Below, piece by piece: positions 10,454-23,607 of a stretch of 64,000 nt of DNA; position 1 is the stretch's first letter, and each line of letters starts with the position of its first letter. Origin of the DNA: Anthoceros angustus (lineage: Eukaryota; Plantae; Anthocerotophyta). Below the pieces are notes generated by a model, which did not search any database, was not told the origin of the DNA, and worked only from the letters and a program-made list of their open reading frames with translations. Location of the stretch: NCBI GenBank assembly GCA_010909165.1, contig MU008157.1, forward strand, positions 682,001 through 746,000, read 5' to 3'. Both the position numbers and the translations under genes were made by a program.

Positions 10454-11219
10454 ATGGCGAATCCCATTCCACGCAGGGTGCTCGTTTTCGGATTTGCGCT
10501 CCTCATCCTGTCTTACGCCGGTACTCCATTTCCCTGTGTTTCTTATCGGCCGCAGCTGCTGCAGAAAGCTCATCTCCCTGTTGCTGTGAATCTGTATTGC
10601 AGCTGAGAAATCCCGGTTGCTCATTTCTGAAGACTCGTCTTCAGTCACTGGCCGGAAATTCTCTTGGCTGGATTGCTTCGATTTAGGCTTAGGGACAGCG
10701 GGCTGCCTGGCCAAGGAGGGGACAAAGCTTTACACTAACAGCTTCAGGGCGCGGCTGGTGGAGGAGGCCAAGCACAAGGCCTTCAGCATCGCCTACCAGG
10801 CAGCCTTGGACAAGGGCTTGGCGGCCAAGCTGGCTGCGGAGGAGGCCAAGGTTTCAGGGCTCAAGGCTGGCAAGTTGGCTTCCAGGAAGGCGAAGCGGGT
10901 AACAGGCCCCGTGTTTGCAGCAGTCTGGGATTTGTTCGAGGTGATGTACTATGGCGGCACAATTGTGGAGGGCGTGGTGCGGGGGGCGGGAACCCTGGGT
11001 GGGACATGGTTTGGTGGCTACTATGGCGAGCAGGGGCTGGGGCGGCTTGGCTTTTTCGTTGGAAGTCATCTGGGAAGCTGGGCCGGAGGCAGGGTCGGCC
11101 TCATGGTGTACGATGTGATCAGCGGAGCGCAGGTGCTCATCTCCGGTGTGCAAGAGTTGCTCTCCTTTCCTGAAGAAACCTCCGAGCCTCACTATGAGGC
11201 AGTGTCGGAAGAACTGTGA
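10454..11219 (+). CDS. Conserved plant hypothetical protein with signal peptide and glycine-rich membrane segments (2 exons)
   Basis: Exon 1 MANPIPRRVLVFGFALLILSYA ends at a GT donor. Exon 2 reads DSSSVTGRKFSWLDCFDLG...GGTIVEGVVRGAGTLGGTWFGG...GSHLGSWAGGRVGLMVYDV, with GC-rich coding bias. Confidence 0.75.
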
Positions 11220-11600
11220 GACGGCCCCCTGCACCAGCCATTCCATGCTGTACAGTATTCATTTTTGTGTGGCTTCATTTTCCTCATCCAATACATTTGA
11301 TGTCCAAGGAGAAACACTCTCGTGTGGCTTCATATTCCGCATCCAAAGCATGTGATGCCCAAGGAGAAATCTGGATGCTGAAGCTTGCTCATGCCCCGGA
11401 GGCCTAGGGAATGACCCCCTTCGGGATAGGGTAATGGTAAGAGGCTTGTCTTTCTGCTTGATATCCTTGTAGTAAGATACACTGCCGTCCAGCCGTCCAG
11501 CTGTTGTAGCACATCTGCTTCTTTGTTCAAAGGCCGGACAGCAAGCATGATGAAATTCGAAGAGCCAGGATGTTTCTGGCAATAAAATCCATGGTCTCGG

Positions 11601-12371
11601 TTACCACTCAGGTCCAGCATCCCACTTCAAAGTTGCAGAGTTGATATCCGTTTCACGCTTGGCCTTGTCTTTGACAAACCAGTCGCAGATGATACCTGCG
11701 TTCAGGTCCTGTATGGGAACTCCTTCCTGCTCGGAGATTGTCCGTAGCAGATTCAAGGAAGAAACCTGCAAGGCAGCCGAGACGCAGCATGAGAGGATTG
11801 CTCCCGAGGAGTAGAGGACAGTTGTGATCCGTAGCCATCCACTCACAGTGAGACGAGCCAGGAATCGCTCGTGCATGTCGAGCTTAGACATTTCAATGAG
11901 TCCTGCTTCTTCTGGAGACAGGAATGTGGCCGGGCCACCGGCAGCAGCGGCAGCTGTCAACCTCTCGTTCCTTCTCCTGCCTCCATCCTGTGCCTTCCAC
12001 AGCTGACCTGCCGCAGATGAAACAGCGTCATCAACGTCCTGAACCACACCAAGGCATTGCACTGTTACACGAGGCGAAGATGCAAACCTGGAGCAAAGGA
12101 CCGTCCCACCAATCCTTGCTTGACAGCATGTCGGCCAGCTTCAGCTCCCGCTCGACTGGCCGCAGCAGACGTAGGGCACAGTGGATGAGAGGAAGCGGGA
12201 GCGTGGAAAGTCAGGACTGCTGCAAGTGCGGAATGAACGTTGTTACAAGATGGGGCCAAGCTCGGACAAGAGGAATCCGCAATGTAGCTACCAGGCATTC
12301 AATCTCACACTGCCGCTGTAGCTGCTACCAACATTCGCATCGGAACTCTTACCTGGCGACATGGATGCCAT
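11601..12371 (-). CDS. Conserved hypothetical protein, probably plastid-targeted (multi-exon)
   Basis: MASMSP then a GTAAG donor, an Ala/Ser-rich transit-like exon, and a C-terminal block HERFLARLTVSSLNLLRTISEQEGVPIQDLNAGIICDWFVKDKAKRE split by a GT-AG intron. Confidence 0.7.
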
Positions 12372-12423
12372 AGCGATACCGCCAGAAATCGGCGTCGGTT
12401 TCCTGTATCTCAAGACGAGGACT

Positions 12424-12438
12424 CGGCCCAATGGGCCG
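12424..12438. promoter_or_regulatory. Palindromic pair of site II (TGGGCC) motifs in a divergent promoter
   Basis: CGGCCCA-A-TGGGCCG, about 50 bp upstream of the ATG at 12371; sequence match only. Confidence 0.35.
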
Positions 12439-13046
12439 GTTGCAGTGACGGGCCAGCGCCGGTCAGGGGATTCCTGGACGTGGGAGCACAGTGAATAGTG
12501 GACTGTCAGGGGATTGCGGCTTTGTGACGGTATCTGGCTGCGTATGCAAGCCTACTGGCTCGGCAGGTGCAGCTGAATCTGCGCAGGTTTCGTGTCGACA
12601 CGCTACTGCAACCGGCGATCGCCCCAAAGCGCTAGGCAGGAGCTAGCAGTGCCGACCAGGTGCGTCACAGGGATCTGTGATGTCTGACCTGTGTGCTGTA
12701 AGATGATGCTTGAAGCTGCTTTGAGACTGTTGCTGGCCCCGGAATTGCATGTGAGGGAAGGGGAGGAGGAATCGGAGGCTTTCCTGTGTTTCTGATGCCT
12801 GGTGCCGAGGAGATTGGCTTTGTTCATGTTGTGGAACGGGATCTGCATCGATATCGGAGTTGTTGCAGATGCTGGATTCACCCTAAGTAGATGCATCCGC
12901 TGCTGCGGGTGGTGAGATTTGTGTGTGTTATGTGGTGGCCTCCGATCTACCTTTGCCTTTCCTCTGTGATTGAGTGGCAAGTTGCATGCACAGGTGTGAT
13001 ACAGGTGTGCGCAATCCTGCTGTTTGGCTCGGATTTGCGGGACAGG

Positions 13047-13830
13047 ATGGCTACAGAAACAAGGACTGTTGCAGTTGCGTTTGATGGCACCGCGGGCAGC
13101 ACACACGCTTTGAGCTGGACTTTGGAGAATGTTGTGCGAGAGAATGATGTGCTTATTGTTCTCGTTGTAAACAAAGATGATGCCGAGGGCATCGCCGACT
13201 TGTGGGCAGAGGGTGGATCACGTATGTTTTTAGATTGGCACGTGTGCAGCTGCAGGGATATAGTAGCACTGCTGTTCTTCTTTTCATTCCATTTCATCCG
13301 AACTGACGCCGCATGCGTGTTGGCAGCTCGCATCCCCCTCAAGGAGCTCCCGGACGAGTCCCGCCGGTATCGGATAAAGTTTGATGAAGGGATTTTCAGC
13401 TCTCTCGAGGCTGCTGTGGCACAGAGAAAGGTAGGTCACGTTATTTCAGCAGGGGCATCGTTACTGCACTTTAGTGCGGATCATGAATCTTTTGAGCTCA
13501 AAGCAGGGCTTTGTGTGCTGCAGGTAAGAATCTTCGCCAAAGTGTATTGGGGAGATGCTAAGGAGAAAATATTGACTGCTGTTAAAGACGAGTCAATCGA
13601 CCATCTGGTTTTGGGCAACCGAGGTCTGGGGACTGTGAAGAGGTAAGGAGTTGCCGTACAGCTTTCATTGTATCCCAAAGTGTTTCCCGACCATGTTCTT
13701 TCTCAAGTCTGGATTCCGCTGACCGTGCTCGCCTCCCGCGAAATGCTGCAGGGCGATCCTGGGGAGTGTGAGTAACTATGTCGTCAACAATGCTTCCGTG
13801 CCTGTGACCGTGGTCAAAACTCCCACTTGA
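13047..13830 (+). CDS. Universal stress protein A-like protein (multi-exon)
   Basis: VAVAFDGTAGSTHALSW...VYWGDAKEKI...LVLGNRGLGTVKR, then the last exon AILGSVSNYVVNNASVPVTVVK; stop at 13828-13830. Confidence 0.92.
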
Positions 13831-14912
13831 AACTACTACCAGCCTTCTGAGTCCGTTGCCTCGGACCGGTGAAATCCCCTCGAAGCTGCTTTATACCGTA
13901 TTTGAGTCTGTAGAGTTTGTCCTAGATTTGTATTGGGAGCACCAGCTCTAGGCTAATCTACCTTCCCGCATTCGCACCCTGATCCCTGATCTTTCCAGGT
14001 TCCCGTACTAAGGATTGTGAGCGGCTGAACAGGTGCCTACCTTCCAGCGACCAGGCTATATTACTGGACATATGGATTGTGAACACTACACTACACCTCA
14101 GTACACTGCAGTTGTCAATATTTTCTCTTGAAATTTCATGAGTGCCCATCTCCTCGCCACGAACATCTTGTGAAATGAGCAAGAAGCAGCATGTGCAATC
14201 CATAGCTGCAGTGCGCATGTACAGTCCAGCTAGCCTAACCTTGTCCTCTTTCGTAGGCATCCCCGCCCGCAGTGGCAGAGTGCAGTGTTGATATACATAC
14301 ATGGTCTCATGAGGAGCATGCGTTTGTCATGGTGTGGGCCGTATGTGCAAGGAAAAGGAAAAGCAGCTGGGCAAACAGAGAGGAACCTAGAGGGACTGGT
14401 GCAGCCAAGATCCTGTCGTACTACCTACTTATTGTTTGTATTCTGTCATGTTATTTAAATGCTGGCTTTTCCTCTTCGGGCTCCTTGCTCCTCGTTTGGA
14501 GTCTCACTCGGGGAGCCAATGTTGTGTGAGAGTTGCATCATCTTGTGTGTTGGAGAGAGTCGGGAGTTGGGTTGCATTTCCGTCTTGAGAAAGTGAGTGT
14601 CGTGCTATCACCGGAGACTGCTCCTACAGTCAAGGACAATTGTCCGAACATTGTGCATCTGATGTGCATGCCGTGGACGGTGCCAGAAGCTTGGCCTCGC
14701 TGCTGCCGCTTCTGTTCCCAAGCTTGCCCCTGCGTCTGCTACTGCTGCTTCATGTGGCAGTTGCTGTACAAGTTGAGACCAGGAGGAGCTTGCGAGGTGG
14801 CTCGGGACATGGGGTGAAGGAATGCGCCGCGCCCAAGTGTACGACTCCTTTGCATTCCGCAGAGCGTGAGCCGCCCAGCCCAGCCCAGCCCAGCACCCAA
14901 GAAACGGAGAAG

Positions 14913-17900
14913 ATGGACGTGGGCAACAGCAAGGCGAGTTGGCTGATTGTGGCCGTGGCCGCCATGTTCGGGGCCAGCGTGTCGGCGGTCTCGGCTTTCG
15001 TGCTGCACAAACGCGCTCTGGACCACTGGCTGGCCAAGACAGCGGAGTTGCGGCAGGCAAGCTTGGACAACGACTCCGGGGAGAGGGACACCCGGAGGCG
15101 GAAAGGGAGGAGCTCTTCCCGCCAGCGCCACCATGGGATGGCCAAGGACGTGTTGGGCAGCTCCAGTTCCCTCTCCGACTCTGCCCACGGCAATGGAGAC
15201 CAGAAGATCCGGGGGCATGCTGCTTACTTCGTCGTGCAGGACAGAGACGGCGAGTTGCACGCCTCCATGAGCTCCATCCCGCCCGGCCTGCCCCGAGTGC
15301 AGACGCGCAGAGAGGGTACGCTCGTCTCGTGCTGTCCTGCCTGCAATCCGTGCTCGATCGTCTCTTGCATGCCTGGTGCTGTAATCCGTGTTGGGTTTTT
15401 GTCACAATTTGCATCCCGCACTGACGAATTGCTTTCCTGAGAAAATTGGGCTGCTGGGCGCTCGAGCTCTCTCATTTTCTCACTTCCGGAGGGTGGGCGA
15501 GTGGGAAGGCAGCATGTTGCGGAAGTCCAAAGGCAGAAGCTCAATCTATGCCGGTTTAGGTCTTTAGTATGGGCACCGCGGGAGCTGCTGTCTCACTCTC
15601 GGCTATTGAATTCCTGTTGTCCGCAGGCAACGCGTTGGCTAGTGGGCCCAGCTCTTCAGCTTCAGCTCGGCGGACGGCACCCTTATCGACTACCACTGTG
15701 GCCAATGTGGCCACCGTTATCCGACCACCCACTCCCAAGTCTCCTGTGACGGGGGGCGTGTTCGAAAATCTGGAAACCACTGATGAGGAGGACGACATGC
15801 TCAACAATCGAGGAGACCTCAATGATGAGGAGCCGGATGTCGCAGGAGACGACCTGGACGCCAATGAGAATGGAGCTCTGGTATGGTACCCAGCTCGTGG
15901 ATGCGGCTTCCTTTTCTCTGTCGTGTTCGTGGGAAGTTGTCGAGTTATGTAGGGAGCTCTGACACCCTATTTCAAATTTTGTGCAGGACGATGAGTCCAA
16001 ACTTCTTGGCTCCCATGCCACGGTTGATCGGCCGAATGGTGCTCTGGACCCAGCTCAGAAAAGTGCCATGATTCGATCGCATAGTATACCCGGGGAGCTG
16101 CACGGAATGCATGCTCCTGATCCAGTTGCTGCCGACATTCTCAGAAAGGAACCCGAACAGGAAGTTTATGTGCGGCTCCAGGTGTCACCTGTTGGTACGT
16201 ACGACTCCCACTGAATGCTTGTGTGTGTGTCGAGAACTGGGTAGAGCAACCAATTGGTCCGCTGCCCCTGTTGTGCATCTGTACATGTGCTGGGCCCTAA
16301 GCATAGAGTGACTCTTATTCTTTGCTTCCGTTGCAGAGGCCCCGTCAGCTGAGGAGGAGGAGGTTTGTCATATGATGAAGGAGTGCCTAGAATTGAGAGA
16401 AAAGTACGTGTTTCGAGAAAGGTTGCACCCTTGGGATAAGGAGGAAATCACTGATCCCAGTACTCCGAAGCCCAATCCTAATCCTTTTCACTATGTACCT
16501 GAAGCTGCGACAAAGGTAATTGGGGATCTCTTCTGGAGTGTCATTTGTCAGCTGGGCATCCATAGACTCCAGTCGGGAAAACAATTCTGAGGAATTCTTA
16601 CAGTATGTGATTGAATCTGCTTTCAGCATACCTTCAACATGGTGGATGGCGTTGTTCGAGTCTATGCATCTGAAGCAGGTGAGCTCAAGTATCCTCCTGT
16701 TTTGCGTATCGGCCTGAAAATTTGCAAGGAAGACTGATGTTAATTAATTGTGTTTTTACAGAGAAGGAGAAGGAGGAGGAGCTATTTCCTGTGGCAGATG
16801 CAACCAGATTTTTCACGGATCTTCACCGTATTCTCCGAATTGTGGCATTAGGCAATGTCCGTACATTGTGCCATCATCGTCTGCGCTTGTTGGAACAGGT
16901 GATTTCTACCCCCTGTCACCTAATCTGCTCAACTCTGGGAGGTCACTGTACATGGAATGTGTTCCATCCAAGGATGTTGCCTCCCAACATCGAACAAATT
17001 GTTTGAAAGCTTGTACCTCTTTGGAGGAGAAGAGGAAGGTTCTACTGTTGGTAATCAGCTCTTTGTGTGGTTGTTCCAGAAATTCAGCCTGCATCTTATG
17101 CTTAATGCAGACCGAGAGTTTTTAGCACAAAAGAGTGCACCTCATCGAGACTTCTATAATGTGAGGAAGGTTGACACACACGTCCATCATTCATCTTGCA
17201 TGAACCAGAAGCATCTGCTCCGGTTTATCAAGTCTAAGTTGAGAAAAGAACCCGATGAGGTTAGCCTCTTTCATGAGTGGTTATCATGTGTGTTGTATGA
17301 AGTCCTTGAAACTCAATAGCATCCTTAAAGTTCTTGCTCAACTTCTTCTGTTCGTGTCAAACAGGTGGTGATTTTTCGTGATGGAAAATACCTCACTCTG
17401 AAGGAAGTGTTTGAAAGTTTGGACTTGACAGGGTAGGGCCATCTCGATGTAAAATGAGCTGTCAAAAGATCCCTGAGTTGCACTTTTTTGCTCACAGTGC
17501 CACTTGTGTTTGCAGTTATGACCTGAATGTTGACTTGCTTGATGTGCACGCGGACAAAAATACATTCCATCGGTTTGATAAGTTCAACCTGAAGTATAAT
17601 CCTTGTGGCCAAAGTCGGCTGAGGGAGATCTTTTTGAAGCAAGACAATCTTATTCAAGGTTACTCGGAATGTCTTTAGGGACTTCATTATTTGATTGGCT
17701 TGAAAATCTGCATTCAATGTGCAGTCAATTGTATGGTCTACCGCCAAGCAAACATCCTAAAGCCATTCAATCTGATGGCGCTTATTTTTCTCTAAGACAG
17801 GGCGATTTTTAGCTGAGTTGACGAAGGAAGTGTTTTCCGATCTTGCATCAAGCAAATATCAGGTGCCTCCATTTGTGTGCGTTGCCTTATCTTTTAAGCT

Positions 17901-20012
17901 TCAACAGTTGCTCATTTTCCTCTTCTGAGGGTTAGCATATCTGATTAAGGGGTCTAACTGCAATCTCAATTGACAGTGACAGTATTGTTGGTCTGGTTCA
18001 ACAGATGGCTGAGTACAGGATATCCATTTATGGAAGAAAGCAAAGTGAGTGGGATCAATTGGCAAGCTGGATTGTGAACAATGAAATATATAGTGAGAAT
18101 GTGGTCTGGCTGATTCAGGTAATTGCTTGCATCTAGCTTTCTGTGTGCATTTCTGTTCTTGAGGCGCTGTAAGTTGGTCTGTTGCATGTGTGGGGTATGC
18201 AATATCTCTCCATAGTGAGTCCAACTTCTGCGTTGCAGCTGCCACGGCTCTATAATGTGTACAAAGACATGGGTATTGTTACATCTTTTCAAACCATCCT
18301 GGACAATGTCTTCATCCCTCTCTTTGAAGTGACAGTTGATCCAGCTTCACATCCACAACTCCATGTCTTTTTAAATCAGGTTAGTTGTTTCTGGCCTGTG
18401 GCGAACTGAATATGGGTCTCGGCAGGAGTCATTCAATGTACTCTGCATGGCCGCATTTTGTGAGTTAAAGACCCAGTGTTCAGTTGATGATGTCCACTTT
18501 GCCCTGCAGGTGGTTGGATTTGACATGGTGGATGATGAAAGCAAGCCAGAGAGACGGCCAACGAAGCACATGCAAACTCCTGATCAATGGAACAATCCTT
18601 TCAATCCTGCGTATTCATACTGGGCTTACTATGTTTATGCAAATCTCTACACACTGAACAAGGTAGGACAACTGTGGCCACATTGCAACAGGTCCTCCTA
18701 GATCAATTGGCAGAGCATTCAGTGACTTGACTTTGATTACCTGTGTTGACAGCTTCGTGAATCCAAAGGAATGCAAACAATCAAATTCCGGCCTCATTCT
18801 GGGGAGGTACGGCAATTGTCATGTTACGCTCATTTGAAGAGTAGTTCAGGTTGTCCATGGGATGTTTGATTTGGTCAATATGAGGCTCTTTGGGCTCGTG
18901 TATTTCCTCTGCTGTTCTGTTTGGCTGGTGTATCGTGTTGTGTATCGTGTTCTGTGTTGTTGCCATATTGCTGCTCATAGAGTGCTTCACCTAGGTCTCT
19001 TCCGTTCTGTTCTCCCTGTCTGTAGAACATTGAGCAACAAGCTCTCTTAGATGCTTCCTTACTGCCTTGTATAACTATGCATATGTTTCTTCTCTCAGGC
19101 TGGTGATCTTGATCATTTGGCTGCAACGTTTTTGCTTGCTCACAATATTGCTCATGGAAACAACCTGCGGAAGTCACCAGGACTTCAGTACCTCTATTAC
19201 CTTGCTCAGGTTCGGAAACCCTTTCTATTGATGAAACATATTGGTTACCTGCACTGCCAGCGTCTTTCTAAGGCCAACTTTGTTGTGTTGACACGCTGAG
19301 GTGTCTTGCGTTCAGATTGGCTTGGCCATGTCGCCTTTGAGCAACAACTCATTGTTTTTGGACTACCATAGGAACCCATTTCCTATGTTCTTCTCTCGGG
19401 GGCTCAATGTTTCCCTTTCAACAGATGACCCACTGCAGATCCACCTGACCAAGGAGCCTTTGGTGGAAGAGTATAGTATTGCTGCACAGGTGCTTCCTCT
19501 TTTTAAGTTTGCTTAATGGTTGCTGCACGCAAGGAGGATGTGAGTGTCGGTTTCGTTTTCCCTCTCAAATGAACCTCTCTTCTGCGTTGAGAAGGTGTGG
19601 AAATTGAGTCCAAGTGACCTGTGTGAGGTAGCGCGCAACTCTGTGTATCAATCGGGTTTTCCACATCAACTAAAGGTAACTACGTTTGAGCCAGTTAGCT
19701 CTCTATTCCTTTCTGGGGGGCTATTTCGTGGTTCTCACCTGTGGCCGATTGGCAGTCCCACTGGGTTGGGAAGAACTACTTCAAACGGGGTGCCGAAGGC
19801 AACGACATCCACAAGACCAACGTGCCCCATATGCGAGTGGAGTTCCGCGACGAGGTATGTAACACGTTGGCAGCATCATTATTTAAAATTCGCTGTTTGC
19901 TTTCTTTGCTCTTGAGGCTGAATGCCTTCTTGAATGGTTGCAGGTGTGGAAAGATGAATTGCAATATGTCTATTTGGGAGGGGCCAGGATTCCGGAGCTG
20001 ATTGAATCGTGA
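14913..20012 (+). CDS. AMPD: AMP deaminase with N-terminal membrane anchor (about 20 exons)
   Basis: Hydrophobic N-terminal segment ([20 protein letters not shown]), [39 protein letters not shown] and [25 protein letters not shown]; last exon [22 protein letters not shown]. Confidence 0.97.
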
Positions 20013-20838
20013 CGGGGATACATGCTAGTTGTGGGCAGGGAGCCCATGCAGCGTCCAAGACTTGCCTGAACTGGAATGCTTGCCCTATCTCGTGAGATAT
20101 GCAGATCTGAGCCAAAACTTGACACATGTACAAGGAATTTGGAGGAGGAGTTGCCACTTTGGATAGACGCTCAAGTCCTGGTTCGGTTGAGGACGTTCTT
20201 TTGGTGTAGAAGTTTCTGAAGTGCCTACACAAAACCTTTTCAAATTGGTGGAAAGATTCAAAATCATCGCGACGGGATTGTCTGTGCCGTTGAGAGCCTG
20301 TGATAGCTGGAAAAGGATCGAGTACAAGGAGGCTCACAGCTGGGAAGGTTGAGTAATTAAGGCTGCCGGCGGGGGCTTCGGACAGTCTCCGTATCTACCA
20401 TCGACTGGCACAACAACAATACGAAAATGGTTTCACGTAGAAGCCGTCTGACGTTTTTCCTCTATTGATTCGGGGATCGATTGTTTATGCTTTTGCTGTG
20501 ACTACCTCTCGAAGAGAATTTTGTCATCCATCACATTTCTTGAGGAGACGAAAAGTCACAGTTCAGCCACTCCAGGGAAGATCACTTATGGTCCACTCCA
20601 GCACCATGTATTTGTATAGAAAGAATATACCTATCCGATCCTAAATTACAGGATTATCGTCCCTGCACACGTCCACAGTTGCTACTTGGTAGCGATAACT
20701 CTCGTTAGACTGGTAATACACGTGAGGTAGGTTGCTGCAAGCACAGTGACGAGATTTAGGAGTTATGGCTACCAAGTAGCATAGTTTCAAGAGGGCTTTC
20801 TTCAAGGTAGTGACAGGATGCTTTGACGTGGAGCGATC

Positions 20839-23507
20839 CTACAAAAGACGCTCGACTTCAGCAACCGAGCCGTTGCCACCATACGCTACAGCTTTCCAAC
20901 TGATGAAAGAAGGATGGCCAATAAAAGCATGCAATGACCCCAAAGACTCACCAAGTCCCCCGGCGACACTCCTGAGTATCTTCTCAAAAGTCATGAACTG
21001 GTTCAACCTGAAGCAATCCGAAACGAGCATCTGGCAAAGAGCAGTTTTTGGAACCAAGAGTTAGCAAACCAGGTGAGACCAGTAGACACTTTCGGGAAGG
21101 TGAAACACTGCGAAAAGGGAAATCTTGAAACAACATACCATGCAGGCCCGTTGAGCAGGACAAGAAGCACAAACCCACATCGGGCACAAACCCACATCGA
21201 GCACCCGCCTACTAGGAGAGATATTCCCAACCGCAAGGACGAGTTTCCGAACACACTTGGTCCGCACGAGTCTCCGGTTCGACCAATTGACGAGGCTCCT
21301 GACTGGGTTTTATCTCCACCTGCCGAGGTGTAGAACAGGAGACAGGTCCGGCCGTAGGATCATGGCTGCCACTGCTCTGCGTCTCACACAATACCACCGG
21401 TACCTTACTCCCTGAAGTCTGACCATGTCTCACCGTTTCCCCTGCACTGCCCAGAAGACCAAGATACTCAGCCACCTTCGCCTTCGTCTTAAACATGTGA
21501 CTCTGACCATTCACAGGAGGCGAGTGATAGCAAATGCGCATCCTCCCGTGATCGTGTTTCTTGGGTACTATCTGTGCTGTCCACCCCTCTCCCAAAACCC
21601 CACCAGATTTCGCGATGTAATCCTGCAACTCCTCCACTTCATCGGCGGCTCCAGCGCTACCCATCGAAGGCCTAGGAACAGGGCTATCCGTTCCTGGTCC
21701 TTGCTTGTCTTTCTCAAAAAGTCCAAGGTAGCGAGCTACCTGCACCCTTGATGGCAGGCTCTGCCCGGATGGTGACAAATAATACACCTGCAGATATTTC
21801 TGCTGCCTTGGCCTCGTGCAACGAGCTTTCCATCCCTCCTCGAGGACTCCATTTCTTTCAGACACGTAAAGCTGCAGCCTCTTCATGGCTACCTCACACC
21901 TCTTGTCATAATCCTCCTGCGTGTACTCCACCGCATCTTCCTCGCCTGCACCAGTGTAAGGGTTCACCACACTCTTTGCTTTTTGCTTGTGGCTTCTCAG
22001 TTCCATTCTTGAACTCTGGTGTTGAGGCTCCGACATGCGCTCATTTCTGAGGTGTCACACAAAAGCTCCCTCGTCAAAACCACGTTCTAGGGATGATGAG
22101 TCACAGTTCAACGAGAGCGTGCCAGCCAAATTTAACTTGCCTTGCTACTTGGAGAGAGTCGTTGCCAGCCTCAGGTGTGGCCATGCTTCTGCTTCTCTTC
22201 TGCTGCACCCCCTCCTCCCCATCTCCTTGCTGTGGAGTCGCAAGTCCCGAACTCCTCGTGCTGCTGCCTTTCCTTTTAACAGGATACTTCTTCCCCAGAG
22301 AGTCTCGATGGTGAGATGGAGTCTGAGCCGCTCCGACCTTCACCCTTCCCAGTTTCCAAGTCCAGGATATCCCGTCATCAGTACAGGAAGGGCATAGCCA
22401 CTCATCCAAGAGACGAACCTCAACTTCGTCCAAGTCCACACACGCCATGTGGTAGCTGGTGTTACACCTGTCGCACAGTGCCGAAGTATAAGCTCCTTCG
22501 GGCCTCATACAGGACTTGCACAAGACAACATCGCCTGCTTGGCCAGGAAACGGTGCAGCGTCCCCGGGAAATTGCGGGGGCGCGCCTAGCAATTGAACGG
22601 CCAGATCCAGAGTGGATAGCTCAGGCTTGGATCCATCCCCCGCGGCAGCCGTCTGGCTCGGCCTCTCGTCGGCAGGAGCGGCTTCAGCTCCGGGAGCACC
22701 CAGAGCAGCCGGGCTCTCAGCTCCCGCTCTCTGTGCCGCCCGAGTCTCAGAAACAGCGGCAAAACCCGGATGTGGCAGCCCTTGGAAACCTGCCGATGCA
22801 GTTTCCATTTGATGGCGTCCGAGCTCGTTGTCCGAGATTGACACTTGCTGCTGCTTGTCCACTTCTGCAGCTGCCGTCTCGGTCGGAGCTCTCTCTTCTT
22901 CTTGCTGCTTGTCCTGCTCCTTGTCCTGTTCCTTGTTCTGCTCCAACTCGTATTGCTCCTTATCCGGCTCCTGCTCCTTGTCCTGCTGCTCCTCCTGCTC
23001 CTCCTCCCCCTCCTGCACTTCCTTCACTGCCATTGCTACCTTGCTAACCCTGGCCAGTGCGAATTCCGAGTGCCCCTCTGCGGACCCAGCTGCAGCTCCT
23101 GGGTCCCTCCGAACCTCGTCCATTAAAGCCTGGTAAGTGAGCCCCTCCACCTCAAGCGGCTGCAGCAGGAAGGCTAACTCGGTGACTTCAACCTACCCAT
23201 GACCTTCCTTCTCCTTCTTCACTGTAATGACCCACAAAGCACAAACACAGCCACCAACAGTGTGAGACAACGTCAAGGGAGGGAGCAAATGCAGGATGAG
23301 ACATACAATGCCGCACATTTTTCTACCTCCAGCAACAGCTACATCGACAGAAATCGACCGCTGGTCCTTGTGATGAATCTGATAGATGAAAGGCCTCTAA
23401 CGGTGCAGGATCTCTCTCTGTCGAAGGTGGAGCACAAGGCAACAGACCTGATGGCGCCAACGGCGTTGTACTGCAAGTGTCGCATGAAAGTTGGGATCGG
23501 ATGACAT
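20839..23507 (-). CDS. PHD-finger plus two tandem MBD-like domains (chromatin reader); 3' end and first exons approximate
   Basis: C4HC3 PHD CKSCMRPE...CDRCNTSYHMAC...WLCPSC. Two MBD-like segments GWKA...YYLSPSGQSLPSRVQVARYLG and GWTA...YHSP...FKTKAKVAEYLG. The two long ORFs join in frame through a 94-nt GC-AG intron (22140-22047). Confidence 0.8.
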
Positions 23508-23607
23508 CGTCCAGTCACGTGGCGTGCCATGCGTGTCGCGTGACTCTCATCGTCACACTGGACGATCAGTCACACTCAATCTCTTGGACGATTTATTAAC
23601 AAAGGCG

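Noticed and set aside
14608-15414. 268-aa and other minus-strand ORFs
   Set aside because: Antisense to the GC-rich first exon of AMP deaminase; no domain features.
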